Source of the DNA: an uncultured virus (IMG/VR IMGVR_UViG_3300010233_000007)
Taxonomy: Duplodnaviria; Heunggongvirae; Uroviricota; Caudoviricetes
Direction: 5' to 3' (one strand)
IMG/VR virus record: IMGVR_UViG_3300010233_000007
DNA length: 64,000 bases
Positions 9,197-17,883 of the stretch are shown piece by piece. A program made the position numbers and the translations under genes. Position 1 is the first letter of the stretch. Every line of letters begins with the position of its first letter. The notes under the pieces are model-generated. The model did not search any database and had not been told where the DNA came from. It saw nothing but the letters and a program-made list of their open reading frames with translations.

Positions 9197-12100
9197 AAGC
9201 TGAGCGGGTCATCATTCCAATTGCTGTCATAATTACCTAGTGCCTGACTCTGCTCATCTGATAATGCAGTATTTTGGTATTCTACTTCAGACAACACCGG
9301 CCAATTTCCAGTCATATGCCATAAAGCGCAAGCTCCGATGTTTACTGCTTGAGCAAAGTCATCAGGAAACATCGGATTGCGCTGTATGGTGTATATGTCG
9401 CCAGCGTGATGGGTATTAATTTTGTTTTCGATCAAAGCCAAGAAGTCGTGTAATAAGCCAGGATCGTCGTTATTAATATAATCATATTTGAAGAAAAGTA
9501 CCTTCTTTAGTTTAATAGCATGACACGTTAATTGAAGACTTCTAGCTTTATCCACACGCCAGAATGCTCGGCTATTTAGATTGGTCGGAGCCACATACGA
9601 CATATAATCATGTTTGGCGGTTCTGACGTAAGCGATGGGAATAATACGGTCTGGTGAAACTCCCTTATGCACAAGAACAGTTTCACGAATAGAGCCAGCA
9701 CCAGTGTAATCGTGCGCAATCATGTGACAGTCAAATAAGCTAAACAATCGCATACACATTGATGCTTCGCCCATATGATCGTGCGGTGTTAATGATTTCT
9801 TAGCAAAGATCACGTCAATTCTGCCATCACCTCTAATACCCATGACAACGGCAACAGTAAAGCTGACTTCTTTTTCACCGCCGCCGCCCCAGTCGATTGC
9901 TAGAATTCTGTAGTCGTATTGATTTAAAACTTTCAAAGCCTCTTCTTCAGTGTTCTCATGAAGAATAGCGGCTTGTTGTAACTCAGATTGAGTTACAAGT
10001 TTCATGCCTGTATCGTATGATTCGCCTAATACTTCGTTATAAAATCGGCCAATAGTAAAATTACCTTGGCCACGTTGTTTGCCGAGAAGCGACGACCATT
10101 TGTCATTTGACGTAAAGTGAGTTGGCATGATTATCTGTGGAATATGATAACCAGCAAAATTCCAGCGTTTTTCGGGGTACTTGTGAACCCATCTACCTTT
10201 GCGCGGAAATATTGATTTTCTGCATTTAGCACATATCACCGCAGGTTTGGCTTCACTGATATCTTGTCGCCAAGGACCAATCATTTTTTCTACATCATGG
10301 GATAAGCAAGGTACATTATCATAATGACAGGCATCGCATCTAATTACCCACTCCGCGCGACTTGAATCAGACCAAAGACCTTCGATGGTGTTATCTAAAG
10401 TTTTTGGAGTTCCAGTAAACTGTATAACGCCCCAATCATCAGAGCCAGACATGGTTTCTTTGATAATAGGGATATGATCACGATCCATATCTTGAACTTC
10501 ATCTATATTCACCATAGACGCATCAATACCACGAATACGATCAGCATCAAGTAATGCAAACGAGAAAAACAATTGAGAATTGTTTTTGAACGATCTTTGT
10601 AATACCGAATTGACTGTGTTTGTGTTAATTAGAATAGATTTGACGGGCGATGTGTTTATCATCGGCCCAACATTATTCCCAGAAAAACGCCTAATTTGTT
10701 CAAACAATGGTGTGACGGTGAGAATATTAAAATAAGGCTTGCTGGCCGCTAAAAGAATTAACTTGGCAGCGGTAGAGGTCGAATTATGGCTAACTATACC
10801 ATCATAAATATAGTTGTGCCGACCGTCTGTTTCTATGTCAATACTGTCGTTAGCTTCTATGTGTTTAATGAATTTGATTCTATCTACAACTACATCGTTA
10901 TTAACATACTTATTTAACTCTCGATAATTTACATCACGCTGTTTTAACAATCGTGTATATCGTCTCAACATACTAACAGTTGTAGATTTTTGATGTTTTC
11001 TTCTACACAGCAGCATCATGGGCGGTAGTTTTACTGATGCTGCTTGCACAATGTTTTGTAACGTTTTCATCGCTTCTATAGGAACCGATTTACGTTCCTG
11101 TGCTTCTTTCACTTTCACAGACCGTTTGCCGGGCGCTCTAATTAATTTTAAAAATAATTTACATCCAACAGCGGTTATAACGACGACATTATAAACATCT
11201 CTACAACTAACATAATCACCATTTTTAGCCTTATAACCGGCCTTCTTTTGGTGTATCGATGTCGGAATTCCTAACTTATTTAATAATGATCTGACGCCGT
11301 GCGCAAGATTGTAACACGTTGTAGAGTACAAAATATCCGCATGGCCGTGGCGTCGTTTAATCATACCGTCAGTTGCCCACAACCTAGACAAGAATAGAAT
11401 GGTATTCGTTCGCGATAAATCATAAACCCAGTCCGGTAAAGGTTTTTCATATGAGTATTTACCAAGCAATTTATCTTGTACAAACCATTCGACCATTTTG
11501 CTGTTAGTATGACAGCATATTTTTGTATTAATATTGCCATGCTTTTCCAAACGAACAGGGCGACCTTCTTGTAATGCTTCGGCTATTTTTTTAAATTCTT
11601 TTAATACTTTCACCGATTTTGATGTAAATGTTAAATTTCTCTGTACACAGCAGCCGTCGCCTATCATATAAGCTGTCATAATAATCCTACTGCGACATAT
11701 AGGCTTATCAATAAAACTACCGCCGTTTCTAATAGCGACAATCTCATCACCAGGTTTTAAATCCCCGGCTTTTTTGTATCCGGCAAAAGTTAAAAGCCGA
11801 TGTTCAGCGGTTACATATAGTTCTGATCCGAAAGCCGTCTTTAAATATAATCCCGGCTTAACACCTGTGTTGTAGATATTGGTTACAGTGTGCGTTGTCC
11901 ATTTCAATGTTTCATCATTTAAAGCTAATAATTTGTCGCCAATTTTAACATCTGCTGCTTTTATTTGTTTACCGTTAGAGAGTCTTATAAGAGATTTATC
12001 TACTAGCATATTACACTTACTTATTTGACGTGCGGCCTTAACCACGACATTCGATGGAAGTCGAGTTCTGAATAGTGGCTCCATCGCAAAATGATTCTTT

Positions 12101-12252
12101 AGAGTATATGGCTTACCTTTCAAATTCAGTAAAAGAGGTAATAGTGGAACAAGCGTCTGTAAACCTATTCCTTCTTTTTCCACAAACTTCTTAAAAGTAG
12201 TAAGACGTTCATTCCAATTAGTAGACTTTTCAAAATCAATCAAATCATTCAC
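9193..12252 (-). CDS. terL: terminase large subunit (GpA-like) with intein
   Basis: KAARQISK|ST P-loop, IDEVQD Walker B, GTPK, CxxC pairs, AIDWG nuclease motif; probable GTG start at 12252. Confidence 0.85.
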   Translation of the reverse strand: MNDLIDFEKSTNWNERLTTFKKFVEKEGIGLQTLVPLLPLLLNLKGKPYTLKNHFAMEPLFRTRLPSNVVVKAARQISKCNMLVDKSLIRLSNGKQIKAADVKIGDKLLALNDETLKWTTHTVTNIYNTGVKPGLYLKTAFGSELYVTAEHRLLTFAGYKKAGDLKPGDEIVAIRNGGSFIDKPICRSRIIMTAYMIGDGCCVQRNLTFTSKSVKVLKEFKKIAEALQEGRPVRLEKHGNINTKICCHTNSKMVEWFVQDKLLGKYSYEKPLPDWVYDLSRTNTILFLSRLWATDGMIKRRHGHADILYSTTCYNLAHGVRSLLNKLGIPTSIHQKKAGYKAKNGDYVSCRDVYNVVVITAVGCKLFLKLIRAPGKRSVKVKEAQERKSVPIEAMKTLQNIVQAASVKLPPMMLLCRRKHQKSTTVSMLRRYTRLLKQRDVNYRELNKYVNNDVVVDRIKFIKHIEANDSIDIETDGRHNYIYDGIVSHNSTSTAAKLILLAASKPYFNILTVTPLFEQIRRFSGNNVGPMINTSPVKSILINTNTVNSVLQRSFKNNSQLFFSFALLDADRIRGIDASMVNIDEVQDMDRDHIPIIKETMSGSDDWGVIQFTGTPKTLDNTIEGLWSDSSRAEWVIRCDACHYDNVPCLSHDVEKMIGPWRQDISEAKPAVICAKCRKSIFPRKGRWVHKYPEKRWNFAGYHIPQIIMPTHFTSNDKWSSLLGKQRGQGNFTIGRFYNEVLGESYDTGMKLVTQSELQQAAILHENTEEEALKVLNQYDYRILAIDWGGGGEKEVSFTVAVVMGIRGDGRIDVIFAKKSLTPHDHMGEASMCMRLFSLFDCHMIAHDYTGAGSIRETVLVHKGVSPDRIIPIAYVRTAKHDYMSYVAPTNLNSRAFWRVDKARSLQLTCHAIKLKKVLFFKYDYINNDDPGLLHDFLALIENKINTHHAGDIYTIQRNPMFPDDFAQAVNIGACALWHMTGNWPVLSEVEYQNTALSDEQSQALGNYDSNWNDDPLSF
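10783..12015 (-). mobile_element. intein (411 aa) with LAGLIDADG homing endonuclease in the terminase P-loop
   Basis: starts with C, TAEH block B, YMIGDG and LWATDG endonuclease motifs, ends SHN/S. Confidence 0.9.
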
Positions 12253-12261
12253 GAGAAAATT

Positions 12262-12856
12262 ATGCCTCCGAAAGCAAAGCAGAAACCACCAGAGCAATCT
12301 GTTGGATTGGTTGTTAGTGGGATTTTAGATAAGATATCAATAGGCGTAGCTCAGATAGTTTTAGGTATTTATGCGTGTTTTAACGCAGAAACAAAAGCGT
12401 ATCTAGCTAATTACCAGTATATCATCAACAATTTGTCATCTATAGAAAATGGTGAGTAATCATGGCAATTTCCAGTGCTAGACAATATATGCGAAAAGCC
12501 GGTATCAGGTACATTGAGAATCCAGCAGTGTTCAAACGCATTAATGTTCAGGATAATTTGGTCAATACAGTTAAAGCTAAGCTTCCAACTAATGTATCTA
12601 CTTTCATAGACAGGTACGATAGTCCTGATAAAGTTAGACCACCAGCAGGCGGCAGTTAGTTATGACAGATTCGCATTATTACTGGAGTCTGAAGATGAGT
12701 ATGTGGATGGTAGGAGTTGGTTTAGTCACATCATTTCTAGCTCATACCATTTGGCCATTTGTGATTAGTCTTGTTGCTGTTTATTGTACGCATAACTATC
12801 TTAATCGTGTTGAAGCGGCAGAGAAAAAGTACACTAATGGCAAGAAAGATGTATAA
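12262..12856 (+). CDS. three small hypothetical ORFs (12262-12459, 12462-12659, 12662-12856)
   Basis: tightly packed 64-65 aa ORFs; the last is hydrophobic. Confidence 0.55.
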
Positions 12857-13340
12857 AACAGAAGTTGATATGGGTATCACATGGGAAAAGATACAAGAAT
12901 GCCGATCAACCTATGCACAAGCAGCACAAGGCGATTGGATATCAGATGAAGATGGGCGAATAGAGTGTTTTTCTCCTAATGCAGAATTTACTAAAGTATG
13001 CGGTTTAATTGCGACTATGGCTGATCATAGTAATGTTAACACAATAAGCAGAACCGGCGAATGTTTCAGTCATGCTGATAGTAAATTCATAACAGACGCG
13101 CATAATCATATAGTTCCAGAATTATTAGATGTTGCTGAAGCGTATATAAAAGTACGCGAGTTATTAAGACATCTTCTATCTTGTGTTCATCGTGACGGCG
13201 GGCGCTATACAGTTGAGAACGGTTTAGATGCATCAACTTGCGCTGCCATAGATATTTGTACATCGCATAATGCTTTTGTAGATAGATTTACAAAAATGGC
13301 ACTAGAACATGATGCAATAGCCAACAAGGATGAAGAATGA
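12837..13340 (+). CDS. Ead/Ea22-like protein
   Basis: AAQGDW...DSKFITDAHN.IVPELLD pattern. Confidence 0.5.
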   Translation: MARKMYKTEVDMGITWEKIQECRSTYAQAAQGDWISDEDGRIECFSPNAEFTKVCGLIATMADHSNVNTISRTGECFSHADSKFITDAHNHIVPELLDVAEAYIKVRELLRHLLSCVHRDGGRYTVENGLDASTCAAIDICTSHNAFVDRFTKMALEHDAIANKDEE

Positions 13341-13681
13341 TTTCATCAGACAGCATATACCGAATAATCATAGTAGCATTTGCTGTCTATGGTATCCTTA
13401 CATTGTGGTTCTACGGATCTATCTTTGCTTCAGCAAGAGCTAAACTCGATATTTGGTATTATTTAAGCCAGCCAAATCCCGCACAGCTCACAGATGGCGT
13501 AGACTATAAGCCAACATTATTGGCACGTATAAAGGGCAAACTAGCTAATTTATTAACGTGTCGAATTTGCTTAACACCATATCTAACTATCTTATTGTGG
13601 TTCTTTCCATTTGAGATTGTAATTACGTTATTAGCAATTGCTGGTGAAGTTTATTTTCTAACACATCTAGCTGAGCGTTAA
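13337..13681 (+). CDS. DUF1360-like membrane protein
   Basis: hydrophobic helices, LLTCRIC motif. Confidence 0.55.
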   Translation: MISSDSIYRIIIVAFAVYGILTLWFYGSIFASARAKLDIWYYLSQPNPAQLTDGVDYKPTLLARIKGKLANLLTCRICLTPYLTILLWFFPFEIVITLLAIAGEVYFLTHLAER

Positions 13682-14107
13682 ATGGATCAAAACTCAAGAT
13701 CACGTAATCTATTCGTTGATAAGGTAGCTGAAGAACTTAATACATTTTCAAATAAACTTTGTAATCTAATCCCAGAATTAGGCGGACTAACTCTTATACC
13801 ACTATGGCGACTGGAAAGTGAATCTTTACCAGCGGCTATGATATTCTTTATTAAGGAACTGGAGAATTCACCAGATGCCTTAATAGGAATGCTTGAACAA
13901 ACAAGGCGAGCATTAGAACATCAGATAATAGCTGTACAAAGTCATGTGGACAAATTATCAGCACAATGTCAGAGGTTATCCATTCTTATAAATGGCAAAG
14001 AAAAAGTCCTGGAACAAAAAGCGGCCCAGATCAGCGCTATCGAAGAAAAAGCGAATAAAGCGCAAAACACCGCCCAAAACAGTAACCAGGGCGCAGCAAC
14101 ATCGTGA
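13682..14107 (+). CDS. coiled-coil hypothetical protein
   Basis: 141 aa. Confidence 0.65.
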   Translation: MDQNSRSRNLFVDKVAEELNTFSNKLCNLIPELGGLTLIPLWRLESESLPAAMIFFIKELENSPDALIGMLEQTRRALEHQIIAVQSHVDKLSAQCQRLSILINGKEKVLEQKAAQISAIEEKANKAQNTAQNSNQGAATS

Positions 14108-14687
14108 TCGAATGAAACTCAGCACTATTCAAGAGATAATGACTCATTTAGGAATTTATTCACAAAATTGGGATGTTCTACTTATAGGCGATGGTTCCGG
14201 ACAAGGCTGGGAGATGGGTTGTGGTTGGGCTTGTGTTCTTATAGATCATTATTCAGCTAGACGTAAGCTGTTCTATGGCGCGATGAGTTCTGGAACAATA
14301 GGACTAGCTGAACTATTGCCATATTTTCATTCGATGTTGTGGTATTCAAGGGGTCCAGGTAAGAGTCGATTAGATAGACTGCAAACAACGCGTAAATCTA
14401 ATCCAATTCTTCAAGTTCACATTATTACAGACAGCGAGATTATTGCCAAACAAGGTAACGGTCACGCGAAGATAATTAATAATCGCGAACTATGGGCCGC
14501 GTTTGATCAGTTCTCGAAAATGGGTTATGCCTTTAAATGGCATTGGCTGGAAAGAGATACCATAGGCTTGAATGCATTAACAGACCATATTTCACGGGAG
14601 TCGAGACGTTCTGTAGAAAAAGTCCAACTACCAGAAGGAGTATCAATCTATGACTACAACATCTATCGCCGTACAGACCAAGAATGA
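13992..14687 (+). CDS. rnhA: ribonuclease H
   Basis: GDGS, AEL, TDS, NRELW, W.W, N..TD catalytic pattern. Confidence 0.8.
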   Translation: MAKKKSWNKKRPRSALSKKKRIKRKTPPKTVTRAQQHRDRMKLSTIQEIMTHLGIYSQNWDVLLIGDGSGQGWEMGCGWACVLIDHYSARRKLFYGAMSSGTIGLAELLPYFHSMLWYSRGPGKSRLDRLQTTRKSNPILQVHIITDSEIIAKQGNGHAKIINNRELWAAFDQFSKMGYAFKWHWLERDTIGLNALTDHISRESRRSVEKVQLPEGVSIYDYNIYRRTDQE

Positions 14688-14877
14688 AGAAGCAACCATG
14701 ACTATTGGTGGAAAAGAACGAGCGATGGCGTTAGCTAGCATTCTTGTTATGCACGACATTCCGTTCCACTGCGGTTATCTTGGCTCGGAGTTGTACAAGT
14801 TCAAATTACCGAAAGAATACGAGGATCAAGTTGAAGACTGGATATCGGTAACTTTGTGATAGCTAAAAGAAACTGAA

Positions 14878-14915
14878 AACACAGGCGAGTAGGGATGAAC
14901 CTACTCGCCTGTGTT
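14878..14915. terminator. 16-bp perfect stem, bidirectional terminator at a convergent junction
   Basis: AACACAGGCGAGTAGG/CCTACTCGCCTGTGTT. Confidence 0.8.
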
Positions 14916-14917
14916 GT

Positions 14918-15142
14918 TTACTTCACCCGTTTGTAGTGTGGACGTTCGATCTCAATCACGAACTTTCCCGCTCGCTGTGGATACGAGAAGATAAGTCGTG
15001 GCCCAACCTCTCTGATGCTATCGGCGCAGATCTTTGCCTTTCGAAAAGGTTTTACTCGCTTCGACCAGAGTTTTGTCATTGTCTCCGTCAGTTCGTAGAT
15101 CTTCCCGTCGTCACTTTCGAACCGCGCGCATTGAACGGTCAT
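14918..15142 (-). CDS. hypothetical protein
   Basis: GGAAGGAAAGGGA before ATG at 15142. Confidence 0.6.
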   Translation of the reverse strand: MTVQCARFESDDGKIYELTETMTKLWSKRVKPFRKAKICADSIREVGPRLIFSYPQRAGKFVIEIERPHYKRVK

Positions 15143-15208
15143 TTCCCTTTCCTTCCATGTTAGAGAATCCTGATGATTGATTATTGCTCCTTTACAATAA
15201 TCAATCAA

Positions 15209-15281
15209 TGGGCAGTATCCGACTTGAACGGATAACCTCCTGAATGTAACTCAGGCGCTCTGCCAATTGAGCTAACCGCCC
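15209..15281 (-). tRNA. tRNA-Val(TAC), CCA not encoded
   Basis: GGGCGGT/ACTGCCC acceptor, GCTC/GAGC D-stem, CCTGA-GTTACAT-TCAGG, TTCAAGT T-loop. Confidence 0.9.
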
Positions 15282-15598
15282 AGAACTGCAACACTGGTAA
15301 TTGATGTGGTAGGGTCCGTTTACTCTGCCATATTCAGATACGCAATGTTGCAGTCCAACGCTGATGCCCCGATACATTGAAATGAATTTAACCTCTTTGT
15401 TGAGGCGTATCGATCCAGGACCAGGTGAAGATGGGCGAAGATGACGAGAAGTAAGCTGACATTCCAACGAACACACTCGTCCTCTCTCAGATGGAACTTA
15501 GGACTTCACAGGAGTGTATTTGTTAGAAAAGAAAATGTCAGTTTGGATTCTATAAGACGCAGTTGCCAGATCCTCAGACGGATGTGATTGGTCGAAAA

Positions 15599-15833
15599 CG
15601 CCTAGACTTAGCAGCCACCACGCAGGGAACAACCAGCAAAGGCTCGATAATGGTTGTTCGTCCGTATTACTACAGCGACCGCGTTTGAGGTGGGTTTTGT
15701 TCGAACTTTAAACGATGAGAGTTCAGCTTTGAAAACCTGAGCTTTGATCGTTAAGGTTTGAACTTTGAGTTTCGAAAGATTATTAATCTTTTTGGCGGGC
15801 CATTGCTTCTTCCCATTTCGTTAAGTCTAGGCG
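15599..15833 (-). ncRNA. structured RNA containing ten degenerate AAAGYUC heptamers
   Basis: 12-bp closing stem 15599-15610/15822-15833, internal hairpins, heptamer array 15703-15773. Confidence 0.65.
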
Positions 15834-15844
15834 CATCTGTGAAC

Positions 15845-16384
15845 TTACACTTGGACCTGAACAGTTGCGTTCTTCAGAGAAAGCTGTCCATCCAGATTGT
15901 CAGCGATTTCCTGCACTTGTTCGATCCGCTTTCGTAGTTCGGTTTCGTCGATGTTGACGATGATGTCAGTGGCGACAGCTTGGGCGTCATCAGGTTTCAA
16001 TGCGCCTGACTGTCGCGTGGCTTGCTGACGGGCGACATCAATTCTTTGCCTGATCTCGCTCAACTGTTTCAGCTCGACAGCCATCACTTCCCTCTTCCAC
16101 GTCAGCCACTCTGAAATCGATCTGACTTGGCCGGCGATTGTCACTTGTGCCTCGTCGTTGGCCTTCGCGATAGCCCGGCGGATCTTGATGACACGTTCGT
16201 TCAGGTCGCGTACCGATTGCTGCTCGCCAGCCAAGACTTTCTTGCTGCCGCCCTCCTTTTCGAATGGGTCTTTCACGTGACCCGCTCTGGTCAGATGGAT
16301 GTTGATTGTTTCCTGTTTTTTGGCCAGCTTGTTGCGGATCAGCTTCAGTTCTGCCAGCGCCTCCGTGATCGTGATCTGTGCCAT
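15845..16384 (-). CDS. small coiled-coil protein (DIP1984-like pattern, unverified)
   Basis: MAQITITEALAELK...LS.KNAT.V; AGGAG RBS. Confidence 0.8.
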   Translation of the reverse strand: MAQITITEALAELKLIRNKLAKKQETINIHLTRAGHVKDPFEKEGGSKKVLAGEQQSVRDLNERVIKIRRAIAKANDEAQVTIAGQVRSISEWLTWKREVMAVELKQLSEIRQRIDVARQQATRQSGALKPDDAQAVATDIIVNIDETELRKRIEQVQEIADNLDGQLSLKNATVQVQV

Positions 16385-16411
16385 GAGATTCTCCTGAGTT
16401 TTGATCGTTGA

Positions 16412-16439
16412 AACTTTCTAATTACGTAATTAGAAAGTT
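16412..16439. promoter_or_regulatory. perfect 28-bp palindrome; best copy of the TTCTAAT-N6-ATTAGAA box
   Basis: AACTTTCTAATTACGTAATTAGAAAGTT. Confidence 0.7.
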
Positions 16440-16441
16440 AG

Positions 16442-16529
16442 TGTCGCAAGCAAGATTCGAACTTGCACGGAGAATTACCTCCACAGGTGTCTAAAACCTG
16501 CGCGTATTACCAGTTTTCGCCATTGCGAC
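16442..16529 (-). tRNA. tRNA-Leu(TAG)
   Basis: GTCGCAA/TTGCGAC acceptor, CAGGT-TTTAGAC-ACCTG, long variable arm, TTCGAAT T-loop, A73. Confidence 0.9.
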
Positions 16530-16643
16530 ATCAGTGGATCACTTTCGTAATCCACCGACACAGCTATTCCCTCTGTCCAAGCTGCCAAGACAGAAAGGAG
16601 GCATCGTTATAGCCGGGGAAAACACGGCTACAACGGAGGAGGG

Positions 16644-16796
16644 TCATTTTGTCAGCAGATGCAGGATGGCCGTGACAATGATTGTGAGAACGGCCCACAC
16701 CAGAAATATGAAAACGAAGAAGCAACCCCAGCGGACACAACTGCCTTTACGTCTGATTGGGAGATAGTAACCAGACAGATGCACTCCATCGAACAC
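16644..16796 (-). CDS. 50-aa membrane peptide (not in ORF track)
   Basis: AAGGAG then GTG; MFDGVHLSGYYLPIRRKGSCVRWGCFFVFIFLVWAVLTIIVTAILHLLTK. Confidence 0.65.
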   Translation of the reverse strand: MFDGVHLSGYYLPIRRKGSCVRWGCFFVFIFLVWAVLTIIVTAILHLLTK

Positions 16797-16807
16797 TTCG
16801 CACTCCT

Positions 16808-17272
16808 TTACGAAATGAATAGAGGCGTATCCATATTGATTTTCCGAATTGGCAGAGCTTTGCCGCTCTCGTACAACGTTTTCCAGTCGGCCAATTGCAG
16901 AAAATCAGTTACTTGTCTGACTATCTTGGTTTCATCATCGACCCAGATTATACCAAGATATGATGAAGTTGCTATTCTGGTCAACTGCTTGATAAACAGC
17001 GGGATGTTCTTTTCTGCCTCTTTTTGTTTAAACCATACAAAAAAGATCATCATACCATCATCACCACAAGCAAATCGAAGTTTAGCAATAGTCGCATTTT
17101 GGTAGGATTCAGCACGATGCAGAACTCCGACAGGCCAAAAGGCTTCCATTGGCCCTGGTATTGGTTTGGGTAGCTCGTCTTCCTTGATGTTGAAAAAATC
17201 AAGAATGACAAGCAGCTCGGGGTCGTCGATATGTGAGTGTATCTCGGCACTTGGTTGAAGATTGCCGAACAT
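16808..17272 (-). CDS. hypothetical protein
   Basis: AAAGGA before ATG at 17272. Confidence 0.7.
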   Translation of the reverse strand: MFGNLQPSAEIHSHIDDPELLVILDFFNIKEDELPKPIPGPMEAFWPVGVLHRAESYQNATIAKLRFACGDDGMMIFFVWFKQKEAEKNIPLFIKQLTRIATSSYLGIIWVDDETKIVRQVTDFLQLADWKTLYESGKALPIRKINMDTPLFIS

Positions 17273-17520
17273 GTGAAGTCCTTTCATTGTGGGATGAAAA
17301 TGTTGTTGTCTGAGGTATGCTGTTATGCCAAAGGAGATTTTGGTAACTTATGGTGCTCGTTGTTCTCGCTAGCAAGAACATTTGAACTGAACCTGTTGCC
17401 AGCCAGCCGCGCCTATCACGGTGACGGCCCAACCACTACGAATACCACTCTGATGATATCGTCTGGAAACACAGGATTGATCGAGGACAGGTATCCCGCA
17501 TTTTATGCGCCCCCACGTCA

Positions 17521-17616
17521 CTGCCACAGGATGCACTGTTACCAGGCATTCTCTCTTGCTTTGCGCAAGTCCACTTTTTAAAGGATGGATACTGCTAGTC
17601 CCACCTCCCGCAGACA
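17521..17616 (-). ncRNA. RNA resembling 23S rRNA helices 43/44 (L11-binding region)
   Basis: GGAGGUGGGACUAGCAGUAUCCAUCCUUUAAAAAGUG...GUAACAG, with compensatory base pairs. Confidence 0.7.
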
Positions 17617-17625
17617 ACAACAAAG

Positions 17626-17861
17626 TGCTTCGAATCTTGACTCGAACAAGAAATCAACACCGACAAATTCAAATATTAGCCCCAATTATGCTAGTGGCTG
17701 CAATGGGACGGGTGCAAAAGCCGACACATACCACTATCTCCCGGAATTAGCACAACGGAAAGGACGGAACGCAAACAGGAAGGAGGCTTGTGCTAATTCA
17801 TATTTGAAATTTCAGCTTGCGGATTAAACCGCTGTTGACCAGGCCGACCCTGTTTCGAAGC
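17626..17861 (-). ncRNA. 236-nt tRNA-like RNA with a large domain in place of the anticodon loop
   Basis: 8-bp acceptor GCTTCGAA/TTCGAAGC-A, T-arm TCTTG-TTCGAGT-CAAGA, D-like hairpin, nested long helices. Confidence 0.7.
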
Positions 17862-17883
17862 GAGAGATTGTATATCTCTAATA

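Noticed and set aside
15476..15494. GAGAGGAC as a sarcin-ricin loop mimic
   Set aside because: The AGUA half and closing helix are missing; the match is too short
15703..15773. Heptamer array as a CRISPR
   Set aside because: Units are contiguous 7-mers without spacers, and no cas genes are present
17626..17861. tmRNA or group I intron-containing tRNA
   Set aside because: No G3-U70 pair, no tag ORF and no P7 (R/S) core in the right order
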